Source of the DNA: Myxococcota bacterium
GTDB lineage: Bacteria > Myxococcota_C > UBA6777
Length of the DNA: 20,000 bases
Direction of reading: 5' to 3'
Assembly (NCBI GenBank): GCA_023150835.1
Contig: JAKLKB010000010.1
Span: 61,036-81,035, forward strand
This document shows, one piece after another, positions 1-8,755 of this stretch; position 1 is the stretch's first letter, and every line of letters starts with the position of its first letter. The notes under the pieces are model-generated. The model was not told the origin of the DNA, made no database searches, and saw nothing but the letters and a program-made list of their open reading frames with translations. A program made the translations under genes and the position numbers.

Positions 1-786
1 GATGTTGGGGCGGCGGGTTTGAGCGGTGGGCAAAAACCGCAGGTGTTGGGCATCAAAGAGCGGCGGTTCTTTTTGTTGGAGACGCGCCTTTTCGAGTGCT
101 GCAAGTTTGCGATCTTGCAAGCCTTCGCGCAGCCATCGCAGAAAATAATTTTCTTGGATGGCGGCGAGTTGGCTGTTGTGAGCACGCGGAGTCCACGCTT
201 GAGAGGCCAGCAGAAAAACGGCCAAAAGCAGCAATCCTACAGGCGAAAACAGAGAAAAGCCGGCGGCTTTTTTTTCGAGACGATCGCGGAGTCTGGGGTG
301 CTGTTGCAGCCAACGTGGAAACCACAACAACCCAAGCGGCAACCCCAAAAGGAGTCCATGCCAAGGGGTGATCTGGCCCCACAAAAGCGAAGACAGCATC
401 CAGATCTGTTGCGCTCCGTAAAGCATGATCTCCGCGCTGACCAAGGTTCGGGTGGTTCGGAAAAATTGGTGTTCGACAAGTGCGAGCAAGATCAGAGAAA
501 GAACGAGCGTATCAAGGCAAAAGTAAGCAATACGCTTGACCCAAAGGTGATCGTTTTCCAGAACAAGCAGAAAAAAGATCGCCACCAAAAGCAAGAGCAA
601 GAGATCGCGCAAAAAGGATATCCCCAAAATCAGAGGTTGTGCAAAGGCCGATGTATGGGTGAGGATGGAGATCTTTTCATATTTGAGAAACAGCAGCAAA
701 AGCGCAAAAGCGCCAAGCAAAAAGAACACACGAAAGCTTTCTTTGCGAGAGAAAGGCTGGAACCAAAGAGAGAGAGGCTTTGTCAA
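1..786 (-). CDS. Membrane-anchored sulfatase / LTA synthase-superfamily protein, N-terminal part (runs off the left edge of the window)
   Basis: Not in the ORF track because there is no stop in the window. Manual translation from TTG at 786 (overlapping the TGA of the upstream gene as TTGA) is open to base 1: MTKPLSLWFQPFSRKESFRVFFLLGAFALLLLFLKY...LLLLLVAIFFLLVL...LVEHQFFRTTRTLVSAEIMLY...VGLLLLAVFLLASQ...TAQTRRPNI. It has about 5 hydrophobic segments followed by RRPNI, the typical start of an alkaline phosphatase/sulfatase-fold domain. Confidence 0.75.
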   Translation of the reverse strand, partial: MTKPLSLWFQPFSRKESFRVFFLLGAFALLLLFLKYEKISILTHTSAFAQPLILGISFLRDLLLLLLVAIFFLLVLENDHLWVKRIAYFCLDTLVLSLILLALVEHQFFRTTRTLVSAEIMLYGAQQIWMLSSLLWGQITPWHGLLLGLPLGLLWFPRWLQQHPRLRDRLEKKAAGFSLFSPVGLLLLAVFLLASQAWTPRAHNSQLAAIQENYFLRWLREGLQDRKLAALEKARLQQKEPPLFDAQHLRFLPTAQTRRPNI

Positions 787-3107
787 GGCTGCACCTTTTT
801 GTGCGTAGGTTCGAGGGGGAGAGAAAACAGCAGAAAGCGCTGATCGGCGGTGATCTGCGTTTTGTCAGGACCGAGGACGGGTAAGCGGCCTTTTTGGGGC
901 GACCACATCCCGATGTACATCTTGAGAGGCCGTCCGACGGGGAAATGCGCAGGGATCGAAAAGGTGTAGGTGTCGTGAAGATACATCCCGCGCTTCCATG
1001 CGTGAAGTGGCAAAAAGCCCTGCAAGGGCGGATGATCTGCGTTCCAAAAGGCTTTGGGGTGATCGGTTTCAAGGTGAAAAAACAGCCGCCATTCGGGAGG
1101 GATCGTTTGGAGGGTGTGGAAGTAGGTGGTAAGCGTGAGGCGAGTTTGTGGGCTGGGTCTTGTGGTGGAGAGCTGGTAGCCAAGGACGCGCAGATAAGGG
1201 CCGAACTGGGCTTGTTTGGGGAAAGCCACGATCGGAGGACGTTTGTGCATCATCTGGCCGATGCGTAAGAAACGGCGGGTTTCTTGGGTGAGCGTGTTGG
1301 AGATCTTCTGTGCGATGGGTGCAGAAAGAGGTGGCTTTTCGCGATCTTGTGGATCGGTGTGTTTGAATGGGCGAAAGTCTGTAAAAGCCCCGTGCATCCG
1401 CAGCCAGAGCTTTTTTTCTTGATCGATCCAAGCCATACGCCTGCGGTGTTGGGGAAAAGCGTACGAAGTGACAAGCAGATGCCGTTGGGGCGGAGGTGGG
1501 CGAAGAAGCGAGATGCCGTTGCTGTAGGTTTCGGGTGGAAGGGGTGTTTGTGGGGACAAAAGATCGATGACGGTGGGCCAGATATCGGGATGACCAGAGC
1601 GTTGTATCGGGCGTTGTATCGGGGTGGGAGCGCAAAGCAAAAAAGGAACTTGGGTGCGTGCGTTGATGAAGTTGGGCGCGCCGTGTCCGAGCAGTCCGTG
1701 ATCCCAGAATTCTTCGCCATGATCGCCCGTAAAGACGAGCAGGGTTTTTCGGCCTGTGCGTTGAAGCCTTGCGGCGATCTGTGCGACGAGATCATCGAGA
1801 AACAGCAGGCTGTTTTTGTAGCGGTTGAGGATCTTCTCTTTGAAGGGCAAGAGTTTGTGATCGACGAGAAAGTGGTTGTAGTTTTCGGGCATCACGGGAA
1901 GATGGCGCGCAAAGCTCGGAGGGTACAAGTAGTTGTGGTGTGTTGCGTTGAGAAAAAGGAACAAGAAAAAGGGTTCTTTGGGCGGAGTTTTTAGAAAAGA
2001 CTGGGCTTCTTGCAAGAGGCGCAGATCGTTTTGGTCGCTTCGTTGGTCGAAAAATTCTCTTTTTTGATCGAAGTGTCGAAGCAAGAGGCCCCCATGATCC
2101 CACCCTGTGAGCTTTGTAGAGACCATCGCAAGGGAGCGATAGCCATTTTTTTTGAGCAGTCGCAACGGATATGGGGCGATATCGTGCTTGTGAAAAAAAG
2201 TGAGGTGGTAGGCGTGCAAGCCGTACAGGAGAGAGAACAGCCCCCACGTTGTGCTGTGCCCGCCCGAATGGTGTTGTGAAGAGACGAGACATCCACGTTG
2301 TTGGGCGATCTGTGTGATCTGTGGCATCCACGCGGGTTGAAGCATATCGCCACGCAGAGATTCCCCTGCAATAAAGACGATATCAGGACGTTGTGCGAGC
2401 GTTGGGGGCTGTTGTGCAGCGATATGAGGATAACGAACGGTGACAAGGGAGGTGGGGAGTGCAGAGGCTTGGGAAAGGCGTTGAAAGAAAGGCAAGGCTT
2501 CTGCAAAAGCAGTCGAAGATCGGGCTTCTTGGTGAAGTTTCCACAAAAAGAAGGGGGCGGTTGCTCCAAAGCTGCTGAACCACAGGGCAAAGGTGGAGAT
2601 CCGTGTGTGGCTTGCGAGCGAGCGACACAGGCGCAAACAAAGGGCTTGAAGGCAGAGGAGCAAGACAAAGCCGCCCAAGATCGAGGCATAGGTGATCGCG
2701 CTGATCTGGGTTTCTCGCTGAAAACTCGGATTCGTAAGGGCTTTAAGCACATAGTCGCTTTCGAGGTGAAGCCCCAACTCGCGGTAGGTTTTGGCATCGA
2801 TCCACACATAAACCCAAACAGCGGAGAAAAACAGCGTCACCGCAGGCTCGAACAGCCATCGGGCCGAGCGAGTAGAACATCGAGCCGCAGCGGTACCCAA
2901 CAAGCCCACGAAAAGCGCCACCAACGAACAGACCGAAAGACACGCCGCCGACGCAATACACGGATGCAAGGAGGTTTGTGGGATCGCGGGAAGCGTGGAG
3001 CGAAGATGCTGCATCAAAAAGAGCGCAAGCAACAAGCTATTGAGCAGCACAAAACACAGCAGAGGCGCGCCATGCTTGCGCCAAACAGGAAAACCTTGTG
3101 ATGTCAT
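783..3107 (-). CDS. YejM/PbgA(LapC)-like membrane sulfatase-fold protein with an extra C-terminal beta-sandwich domain
   Basis: N-terminal TM helices with WIDAKTYRELGLHL, then RPDIVFIAGESLRGD, HHSGGHSTTWGLFSLLYGL, FLFLNATHHNY, RYKNSLLFLD, FTGDHGEEF and QVPF, all sulfatase/YejM-type motifs. Start placed at ATG 3107 (MTSQGFPVW, ~774 aa) rather than 3425 because 3155-3284 is a dispersed repeat; the start is uncertain. Confidence 0.8.
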   Translation of the reverse strand: MTSQGFPVWRKHGAPLLCFVLLNSLLLALFLMQHLRSTLPAIPQTSLHPCIASAACLSVCSLVALFVGLLGTAAARCSTRSARWLFEPAVTLFFSAVWVYVWIDAKTYRELGLHLESDYVLKALTNPSFQRETQISAITYASILGGFVLLLCLQALCLRLCRSLASHTRISTFALWFSSFGATAPFFLWKLHQEARSSTAFAEALPFFQRLSQASALPTSLVTVRYPHIAAQQPPTLAQRPDIVFIAGESLRGDMLQPAWMPQITQIAQQRGCLVSSQHHSGGHSTTWGLFSLLYGLHAYHLTFFHKHDIAPYPLRLLKKNGYRSLAMVSTKLTGWDHGGLLLRHFDQKREFFDQRSDQNDLRLLQEAQSFLKTPPKEPFFLFLFLNATHHNYLYPPSFARHLPVMPENYNHFLVDHKLLPFKEKILNRYKNSLLFLDDLVAQIAARLQRTGRKTLLVFTGDHGEEFWDHGLLGHGAPNFINARTQVPFLLCAPTPIQRPIQRSGHPDIWPTVIDLLSPQTPLPPETYSNGISLLRPPPPQRHLLVTSYAFPQHRRRMAWIDQEKKLWLRMHGAFTDFRPFKHTDPQDREKPPLSAPIAQKISNTLTQETRRFLRIGQMMHKRPPIVAFPKQAQFGPYLRVLGYQLSTTRPSPQTRLTLTTYFHTLQTIPPEWRLFFHLETDHPKAFWNADHPPLQGFLPLHAWKRGMYLHDTYTFSIPAHFPVGRPLKMYIGMWSPQKGRLPVLGPDKTQITADQRFLLFSLPLEPTHKKVQP

Positions 3108-3154
3108 TGAACTGTACCAACCATCGAACTCAACACAGGTGTCACGTAGTGGCC

Positions 3155-3284
3155 AAAAAAAGCCGTGCTCGCGAACGCCCAAGCGGAGAGAGTTGTTGTC
3201 TTGAAAGACCTGCGATCTCTTCGCCAATACGGGGTCCATAGAGCCGCGCCAAGGAAGTGGGGCATGGGGTGAAACCCCACAATA
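3155..3284 (-). repeat. Structured dispersed element, family B, copy 1
   Basis: Reverse complement TATTGTGGGGTTTCACCCCATGCCCCAC...GGACCCCGTATTGGCGAA...GTCTTTCAAG...CGCTTGGGCGTTCGCGAGCACGGCTTTTTTT shares ordered blocks with 12026-12152 and 13932-14056. Confidence 0.75.
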
Positions 3285-3437
3285 TCCGTCCAACTGCGTA
3301 AGTCCTGTCAACAAAAAAACGCGAGGATAGTCCCATCGTTGGCGCGAGGCAAGCCTCGGGTTTTTGTGCGGTGTTCTTCGGCGGAATAAAGGGCGGAAAG
3401 CACTCGTTTTGGCAAGTGAGAACAATGGAGGTGAGCG

Positions 3438-6293
3438 ATGGAAAAGCGGATATCGGGCGCTGCCCCCTCGGTGGGACGGCGTTTTTTGGGATTCTTCGTT
3501 GTGTTTCTTTTAGGTGGAATGGCGGGGGCTGCGTTGATCTTGGCCTATGGTTCGAGCGACCCGAACACGCGTTTGGCGGGATGGTTGATGAAAACACAAG
3601 GATCGCAAGATCCCTTGCGTTCGGCAAAAACACCGTCATTCGGCAGTCAAACGGGTGCGCCATCGGCGAGGCCCACGCAAATTTCGGAACCTTCCTCGGA
3701 TGCTGCGCAGGGTACGCAAGGTGCGTCTGCTCAAGGCAAGCCATCCTCGCGAGGAGAAGAACGTCAGGCATCGGCAAAACCCGAAGCCATCGACAACAAG
3801 AGCGCTGCTGCGCCCCTGCGTCCAGTCGATCTGCGAAGTTCTCCCGAAGACTTTTTGGACCCCGCGATATCGGCCAATATCGGAGCGGATATCGCTTTGA
3901 CCGACACCGTTTTGCTCAACGGCGGTGGTCAGCCCGAAAGCAACTATTTTTCGCACCATTTGTTTTTAGAGATGCTGCACGAGCTGTTGCCGCGCCGAGG
4001 GTTTGATCTGCGCCGACTGACCGTCTTTTCCACAGACGGCGAATCGCCCGAGGCCGATCGTTTGATCGTGAAGAATGTGGCGATGGATTGGCTGTATGAA
4101 GGTTTGAACGAGCATCAGATGGTTGTGACGTCTTTGATGGAAAACACCACGATGAAAGGGCAGAAGCTCCATCCTGCCAAGCGTTCGGCGTTAGCGCGTT
4201 GGTTTCGAGGCTATGCCCGCAAAGCGGAAGGCCGAACCAAGCCTTCGACGCTGTTTTTGTTTGTGACCGATCATGGGACCAAAGGCAAAGGGCCGCTCGG
4301 AAACAAGATCGAGTTGTGGAGAGAGAATGTCGATGTCCGACAACTGCGCACGATGATGGAGCCGTTGGGCAAAAGAAACCGCGTCGTCACGGTGATGTCG
4401 CAGTGTTATTCGGGCGGGTTTGCGAATGTGTTGTACGAGTCTCCCGGGAAAGTACACGGAAACCGTTGTGGCTTTTTCTCGACGATCGCCTCGCGTGAAG
4501 CCTACGGTTGTTTTCCAGAGACCGCCCGATCGAGCCGCACAGGCCATGCCTATCACATGATCCATGCGATGCAGACGGCTCAAACCTTTGCAGAAGCCCA
4601 TCGTCGGACCTTGTTGACGGACGATGCGCCCGATGTACCGCTTGCAACATCCGACGTGTACCTCGAAGATCGTTTGCGCAGTCGAGCGCGTGGAACAGGG
4701 CGGCGTTTGGCTGTTGAGGCGGATCGTTGGCTTGCTCAAGTCGATTGGAAACGACCTCGTTTGGCGCTTCGAGCGGATATTCGGCTGTTGCGGAGGTTGG
4801 AAAAGCGGTTTGGTGTGGATGTTCATACGCGAACCGCGCAGATCTGGGAAGCGATTCGGGCCAATCGAGCAGCACAAAAGCAATTACAAAAGTTAGAAGG
4901 ATTGTGGGAACAAGTCTTGGGAGAGATGCGACGCGGAGCGATGGTGCGCTTTTACCAAGCGGAGCCGACCCTTGCGGCGACGTTGGAAAAAGAGATGAAT
5001 CGGACCGGCTTGGATGAGCAGACGTTTGGGTTGGGCCGCCAACTCCACACGGCTTATCTGCGCCATCTCAAGGGCAAGCGCGACGAAGTGCTGCTCAAGC
5101 AGCTTTATCAGCGTCATGGCTTGGTCAGCAAAAAAGTGTTCCATCTGCACGTCAAAGAAGCCGCCTTGCTACGGGTTCATACGTTGCTGTTGCGGATCGC
5201 AGGCCGAACCTACCTCGCTTCTTCGGGGAGTGCAGCAGAACGAGGCGATCTACAGTCGTTGTTGCGTTGTGAGTCGACTTCGCTTGGTGGACGCAAGGTG
5301 ACAGGTGTTTTGCAAGCAGAAGGCCCCGATAAACGCGAAGATATCGATCCGCTGAAAGTGTCGATTGCGCGGGACGCCCCGAATACGCCTGTGCGTGATT
5401 TGATTCCCTCGCAGCTTGGGATCGCTTTTCAACCTACCGCAGAAGGCTGGCATCCGCGTTTTTCGCGGCTTGCGCCCGGGGCGGTGGTGGTGAACGAAGT
5501 GGCAGAAGCTTCACCAGCCGAGCAAGCAGGGTTGCGCGTGGGTGACACCATCGTCTCGCTTGGTGGGCAGATGCTTCAACTGAACGGAGAGATCCGTCTT
5601 CATGTGATGTTGGCGAAAGCAGGCCAAAAGATCTATTTTATGGTCCATCGTGCGGGTAAGTTTCTGACGATCCCTGTCGTTCTGCGTCCGATATCCAGCG
5701 GAGCCGAAGTGATCGCACAAGCACCCCCCGAAGACCGCTCTCAAGCCCAACCACCAACATTTCCCGAGGAACGATCTACGCCGCAGATCCCGTCTGTTCC
5801 TGAAGAGACAGAACCCGAGTTTGAAGAGGACACCCGTCCACAAAAAGTCGATCCCTATCGTCTTCCCCCGCGCCAACGGGGCCAACAACAGAGTGCTTTG
5901 CGTGATATGCGCGGAGCCGACTTGCCGATCCCTGCGAAGGGAGCCAAAGCGACGTTGTTGTTCTTTTGGGCGACGTGGTGCGAAGGCTGCAAAACGATGG
6001 TGCCGATGCTACGGGATCTGGAGAAGCGTTATGCAGCGCGGGGCTTGAAGATCTATGCTGTGACCAGCGATGAGATCTCGATGCTTCGGCCTTTTCTGAG
6101 GCAATGGGGAGCGCGCTTTCCTTTTCAAGTGGCCCTTGATGTCCAAGGCCGTCTGGCGCGCAAGTACAATATCTCTAGCATCCCGCAGTTGATTCTTTAC
6201 GATGCAACGGGCGCAAAAAAGCTGCATATCAGCCGACCTTCCGCAGGTTTCGAGCAGCGCCTTGCGCGTCAGATCGGTGCGTTGGTGCGTTAA
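3438..6293 (+). CDS. Membrane-anchored multidomain protein: clan CD (C13/caspase-like) cysteine peptidase + helical region + PDZ + TlpA-like thioredoxin
   Basis: RBS GGAGGTG before ATG; N-terminal TM FLGFFVVFLLGGMAGAALILAY; dyad motifs LFLFVTDHG (His279) and VVTVMSQCYSGGF (Cys323); PDZ signature LGIAF...VVVNEVAEASPAEQAGLRVGDTIVSLGG; Pro/Glu-rich linker; C-terminal LLFFWATWCEGC...YNISSIPQLILYD. Confidence 0.85.
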   Translation: MEKRISGAAPSVGRRFLGFFVVFLLGGMAGAALILAYGSSDPNTRLAGWLMKTQGSQDPLRSAKTPSFGSQTGAPSARPTQISEPSSDAAQGTQGASAQGKPSSRGEERQASAKPEAIDNKSAAAPLRPVDLRSSPEDFLDPAISANIGADIALTDTVLLNGGGQPESNYFSHHLFLEMLHELLPRRGFDLRRLTVFSTDGESPEADRLIVKNVAMDWLYEGLNEHQMVVTSLMENTTMKGQKLHPAKRSALARWFRGYARKAEGRTKPSTLFLFVTDHGTKGKGPLGNKIELWRENVDVRQLRTMMEPLGKRNRVVTVMSQCYSGGFANVLYESPGKVHGNRCGFFSTIASREAYGCFPETARSSRTGHAYHMIHAMQTAQTFAEAHRRTLLTDDAPDVPLATSDVYLEDRLRSRARGTGRRLAVEADRWLAQVDWKRPRLALRADIRLLRRLEKRFGVDVHTRTAQIWEAIRANRAAQKQLQKLEGLWEQVLGEMRRGAMVRFYQAEPTLAATLEKEMNRTGLDEQTFGLGRQLHTAYLRHLKGKRDEVLLKQLYQRHGLVSKKVFHLHVKEAALLRVHTLLLRIAGRTYLASSGSAAERGDLQSLLRCESTSLGGRKVTGVLQAEGPDKREDIDPLKVSIARDAPNTPVRDLIPSQLGIAFQPTAEGWHPRFSRLAPGAVVVNEVAEASPAEQAGLRVGDTIVSLGGQMLQLNGEIRLHVMLAKAGQKIYFMVHRAGKFLTIPVVLRPISSGAEVIAQAPPEDRSQAQPPTFPEERSTPQIPSVPEETEPEFEEDTRPQKVDPYRLPPRQRGQQQSALRDMRGADLPIPAKGAKATLLFFWATWCEGCKTMVPMLRDLEKRYAARGLKIYAVTSDEISMLRPFLRQWGARFPFQVALDVQGRLARKYNISSIPQLILYDATGAKKLHISRPSAGFEQRLARQIGALVR

Positions 6294-7429
6294 GTTCGTG
6301 TGGGTGGGGTTGAGAGGTTGCCAAAAAGGCGGGCGGTTTCGTGGGCGATCATCCATTCTTCGCGGGTGTGGATCACGGCGATCTTGACGGTGGATGTGGG
6401 GGATTGGATGAATGCGATCTCGTCTTTTTGGATCTGGATGGAAGCATTGCGCACAGAGTCGATATGCAAGCCCAAGTATCCGAGAGGTTCGCAGATGGTT
6501 TCGCGCATCCACGCCGAGCCTTCGCCCACCCCCGCTGTAAAGACCAACACATCAAGACCACCCATATTGGCGGTGTATCCGCCGATATAGAGACGGACAC
6601 GGTGGGCGTAGCTTGCGAGGGCTTGCGAGGCACGTAGATCGCCTTTTTTTGCGGCGGCTTCGATCAGGCGCATATCGTGGCTGATGCCTGAAAGCTCCTT
6701 CATTCCGCTTTGATGGTAGAGAGCGTCTTCGATCTCTTGGATGGTGAGGTGTTGTTCGCGGTGTAAGAATCCAAAGATCCCGGGATCGATATCGCCACAG
6801 CGCGTTCCCATGATCAGGCCGGGGAGGGCTGTGAAACCCATTGAAGTGTCGATGGATCGGCCATCTTGGATGGCGCACAGGCTTGCGCCGTTTCCGAGAT
6901 GGCAATTGATCACGCGCAAAGGGCGTGGGAAAGGGAGTGCGGCTTGGATGCGTTCGGCGATGTATTGGTGGGAGATACCGTGAAAGCCGTAGCGTCGGAT
7001 GCCAATGTCGCGCCATGCCGCAGGGATCGCGTAGGTGGCGGCGTGTGAGGGGATGGTGCTGTGAAAAGCGGTATCAAACACGGCGACTTGGGGGATCTGG
7101 GGCCAGCGCTCAAGCGTGGCGTACAGGCCGCGTAAGTTCAGGGGATTATGGAGGGGGGCAAGAGGTGTACTGGCTTCGAGCAGGCGCAAGACATCCTGAT
7201 CGACAACCACCGAGGCCGTCAGATGGGGGCCACCATGCACGACACGGTGGCCGATGGCATCGGGGCTTTCGTAGCCTTGGGCGCGGATGGCTTGGGCCAG
7301 AGTCTCAAGGCCCTCGCTGAGATGTTCGGTGTCTTCGATATGGATGCGAAAGCACTCTCTTCCATCGGAAGTGTCGAACAGTCCGGCTTTGAGGGACGAG
7401 CTTCCCATATTGATGACGAGGACGATCAT
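6290..7429 (-). CDS. ackA: Acetate kinase (acetate/propionate kinase family)
   Basis: Start ATG 7429 with RBS AAGGAG (MIVLVINMGSSSLK); motifs GHRVVHGG, LAPLHNP, VFDTAFH, RRYGFHGISH, CHLGNGAS, MGTRCGDIDP, FTAGVGE, TREEWMIA; 379 aa. Its stop overlaps the convergent stop of the peptidase gene in TTAA (6290-6293). Confidence 0.95.
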   Translation of the reverse strand: MIVLVINMGSSSLKAGLFDTSDGRECFRIHIEDTEHLSEGLETLAQAIRAQGYESPDAIGHRVVHGGPHLTASVVVDQDVLRLLEASTPLAPLHNPLNLRGLYATLERWPQIPQVAVFDTAFHSTIPSHAATYAIPAAWRDIGIRRYGFHGISHQYIAERIQAALPFPRPLRVINCHLGNGASLCAIQDGRSIDTSMGFTALPGLIMGTRCGDIDPGIFGFLHREQHLTIQEIEDALYHQSGMKELSGISHDMRLIEAAAKKGDLRASQALASYAHRVRLYIGGYTANMGGLDVLVFTAGVGEGSAWMRETICEPLGYLGLHIDSVRNASIQIQKDEIAFIQSPTSTVKIAVIHTREEWMIAHETARLFGNLSTPPTRT

Positions 7430-7491
7430 CCGATGCTCTCCTTGGTTTTTCTTCTTCTGTGTGGCTTGTTGCGTGGTTTTTGTGGGGCAGT

Positions 7492-8574
7492 TCAGGGCGT
7501 GTAGCCGTGAAGTGTTCCGTCGTGGCTGCTGACGTAGAGGCGTTCGTCGAGCGCAAGAGGAGGGGCTGTTAGGCGTCCAAATGTCGGGTAGTTTGCGAGA
7601 ACGCTGCCGTCGTCGGGTTTGATCTGGTGGACTTTGCCGTCCCATGCGCTGAGAAACAGGCTGCCTTTGTGGAGCAAGGGCGAGGTGGAGAGGATGGCCC
7701 CGATTCGTGCGGTCCATCGGGCTTTCCCATCGGAAGCGTTGATCGCATAAAGGCTGCGATCCCACGAAGCCACGTACAAGACTTCGCCGTCGAGTACGGG
7801 GGCTGCGGTGATCTCGGCTTGGCTCGTAAAGCGCCAGCGGCTGTCTCCATTGGCTCGTTTGAGGGCGTGCAAGATCCCGCGATCGTCGCCGACATAGATG
7901 GTTTCTTCGGTGACAAGGGCCTGTGCAGAGATGCTTGCTCCGAGATCGACGCTCCATCGCAGCGCACCGTTCGAGAGATCGAGCGCGTAGAGTTTGTGAT
8001 CGCGTGCGCCGATGTACACCACGCCTTGAAAGACCACAGGCGAGGCCACAAAGGGCGCTTCGGCTTGAAAGCGCCATGCGATCGGGCCTTGGCTCTTTTC
8101 CCATGCGTAGAGAGTTCCCTCCAGATTGCTCGCCAAGACTTTGTCGCCGACCACAACGGCTGCGCTGATAAAGCCTTCTTGCATCTTGGTTTTCCAGATC
8201 TCTTTTCCTGTTGCAGCGTTGATCGCGTAAAATTGACCGTTTGTGTTGCCGATGTACAGGCGATCTTGGTCGAGGGTGGGCGGAGCTGTAAACCAATCTT
8301 GTCCGAGAAACTCCCAAACCTTGGTGGCATCGCTGCGTTGGATCGCATAGAGCTTTTTGTCTGCGCTGCCGACGTAAAAACGTTGTGCATCGAACGCGGG
8401 GGGGCCGTGTATGGCTCCTTCGGTGCGAAAAGTCCACTTTGTGCGGGTGTCTTGTTCGGGGGTGAACTCGATCACGCCGCCGTCACCGATGAATTCGTTG
8501 GTGGTGGCTGGACAGCCGGGAAGTGTCCAAAACAGAAGGCAGAGCAGGCACAAAAAGAAGAAAGAAAAACGCAT
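7492..8574 (-). CDS. PQQ-like beta-propeller repeat lipoprotein (BamB/YxaL-like fold)
   Basis: Signal peptide with lipobox-like LPGC; about 8 repeats of the type P.(V/L)....(V/L)Y(I/V)G..D..LYA(L/I)...G...W. Confidence 0.85.
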   Translation of the reverse strand: MRFSFFFLCLLCLLFWTLPGCPATTNEFIGDGGVIEFTPEQDTRTKWTFRTEGAIHGPPAFDAQRFYVGSADKKLYAIQRSDATKVWEFLGQDWFTAPPTLDQDRLYIGNTNGQFYAINAATGKEIWKTKMQEGFISAAVVVGDKVLASNLEGTLYAWEKSQGPIAWRFQAEAPFVASPVVFQGVVYIGARDHKLYALDLSNGALRWSVDLGASISAQALVTEETIYVGDDRGILHALKRANGDSRWRFTSQAEITAAPVLDGEVLYVASWDRSLYAINASDGKARWTARIGAILSTSPLLHKGSLFLSAWDGKVHQIKPDDGSVLANYPTFGRLTAPPLALDERLYVSSHDGTLHGYTP

Positions 8575-8755
8575 TGTCGTGATCGATCCAAAACAAAAAG
8601 GGGTGGCGTGTAAGATCGCTGCGGCTGATCGAGTTGCTTGTGAGCAAAGCGAATGGCGCGAACAGACCGCCTCCTTGTAGCGAGAACGAGGTGTTTTCGC
8701 AAGATCGGAGCGACGCCGTTGGCAAAAAAACCCGTATCTTCATTCATCGAAAAAG

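Noticed and set aside
19-843. 274-aa Q/K-rich + strand ORF
   Set aside because: It is the antisense shadow of the Leu/Phe-rich membrane protein on the - strand in the same codon register.
3340-3354. Possible sigma-54 promoter TGGCGCG-N4-AAGC upstream of the peptidase gene
   Set aside because: GG-N10-GC spacing fits, but the -12 element lacks TT; too weak without data.
3108-3425. N-terminal extension of the 880-aa sulfatase-like ORF
   Set aside because: It runs through repeat family B copy 1 and the divergent promoter region and has no protein-like features.
7430-8437. 715-aa ORF suggesting a long N-terminal fusion on acetate kinase
   Set aside because: The extension is an Arg-rich off-frame read-through of the propeller gene; ackA has its own AAGGAG RBS and canonical N-terminus at 7429.
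8625-8636. 12-bp match CTGATCGAGTTG to the 38-bp repeat, upstream of the propeller gene
   Set aside because: It is short, contains the locally frequent GATC and could arise by chance; not enough to call a shared operator.
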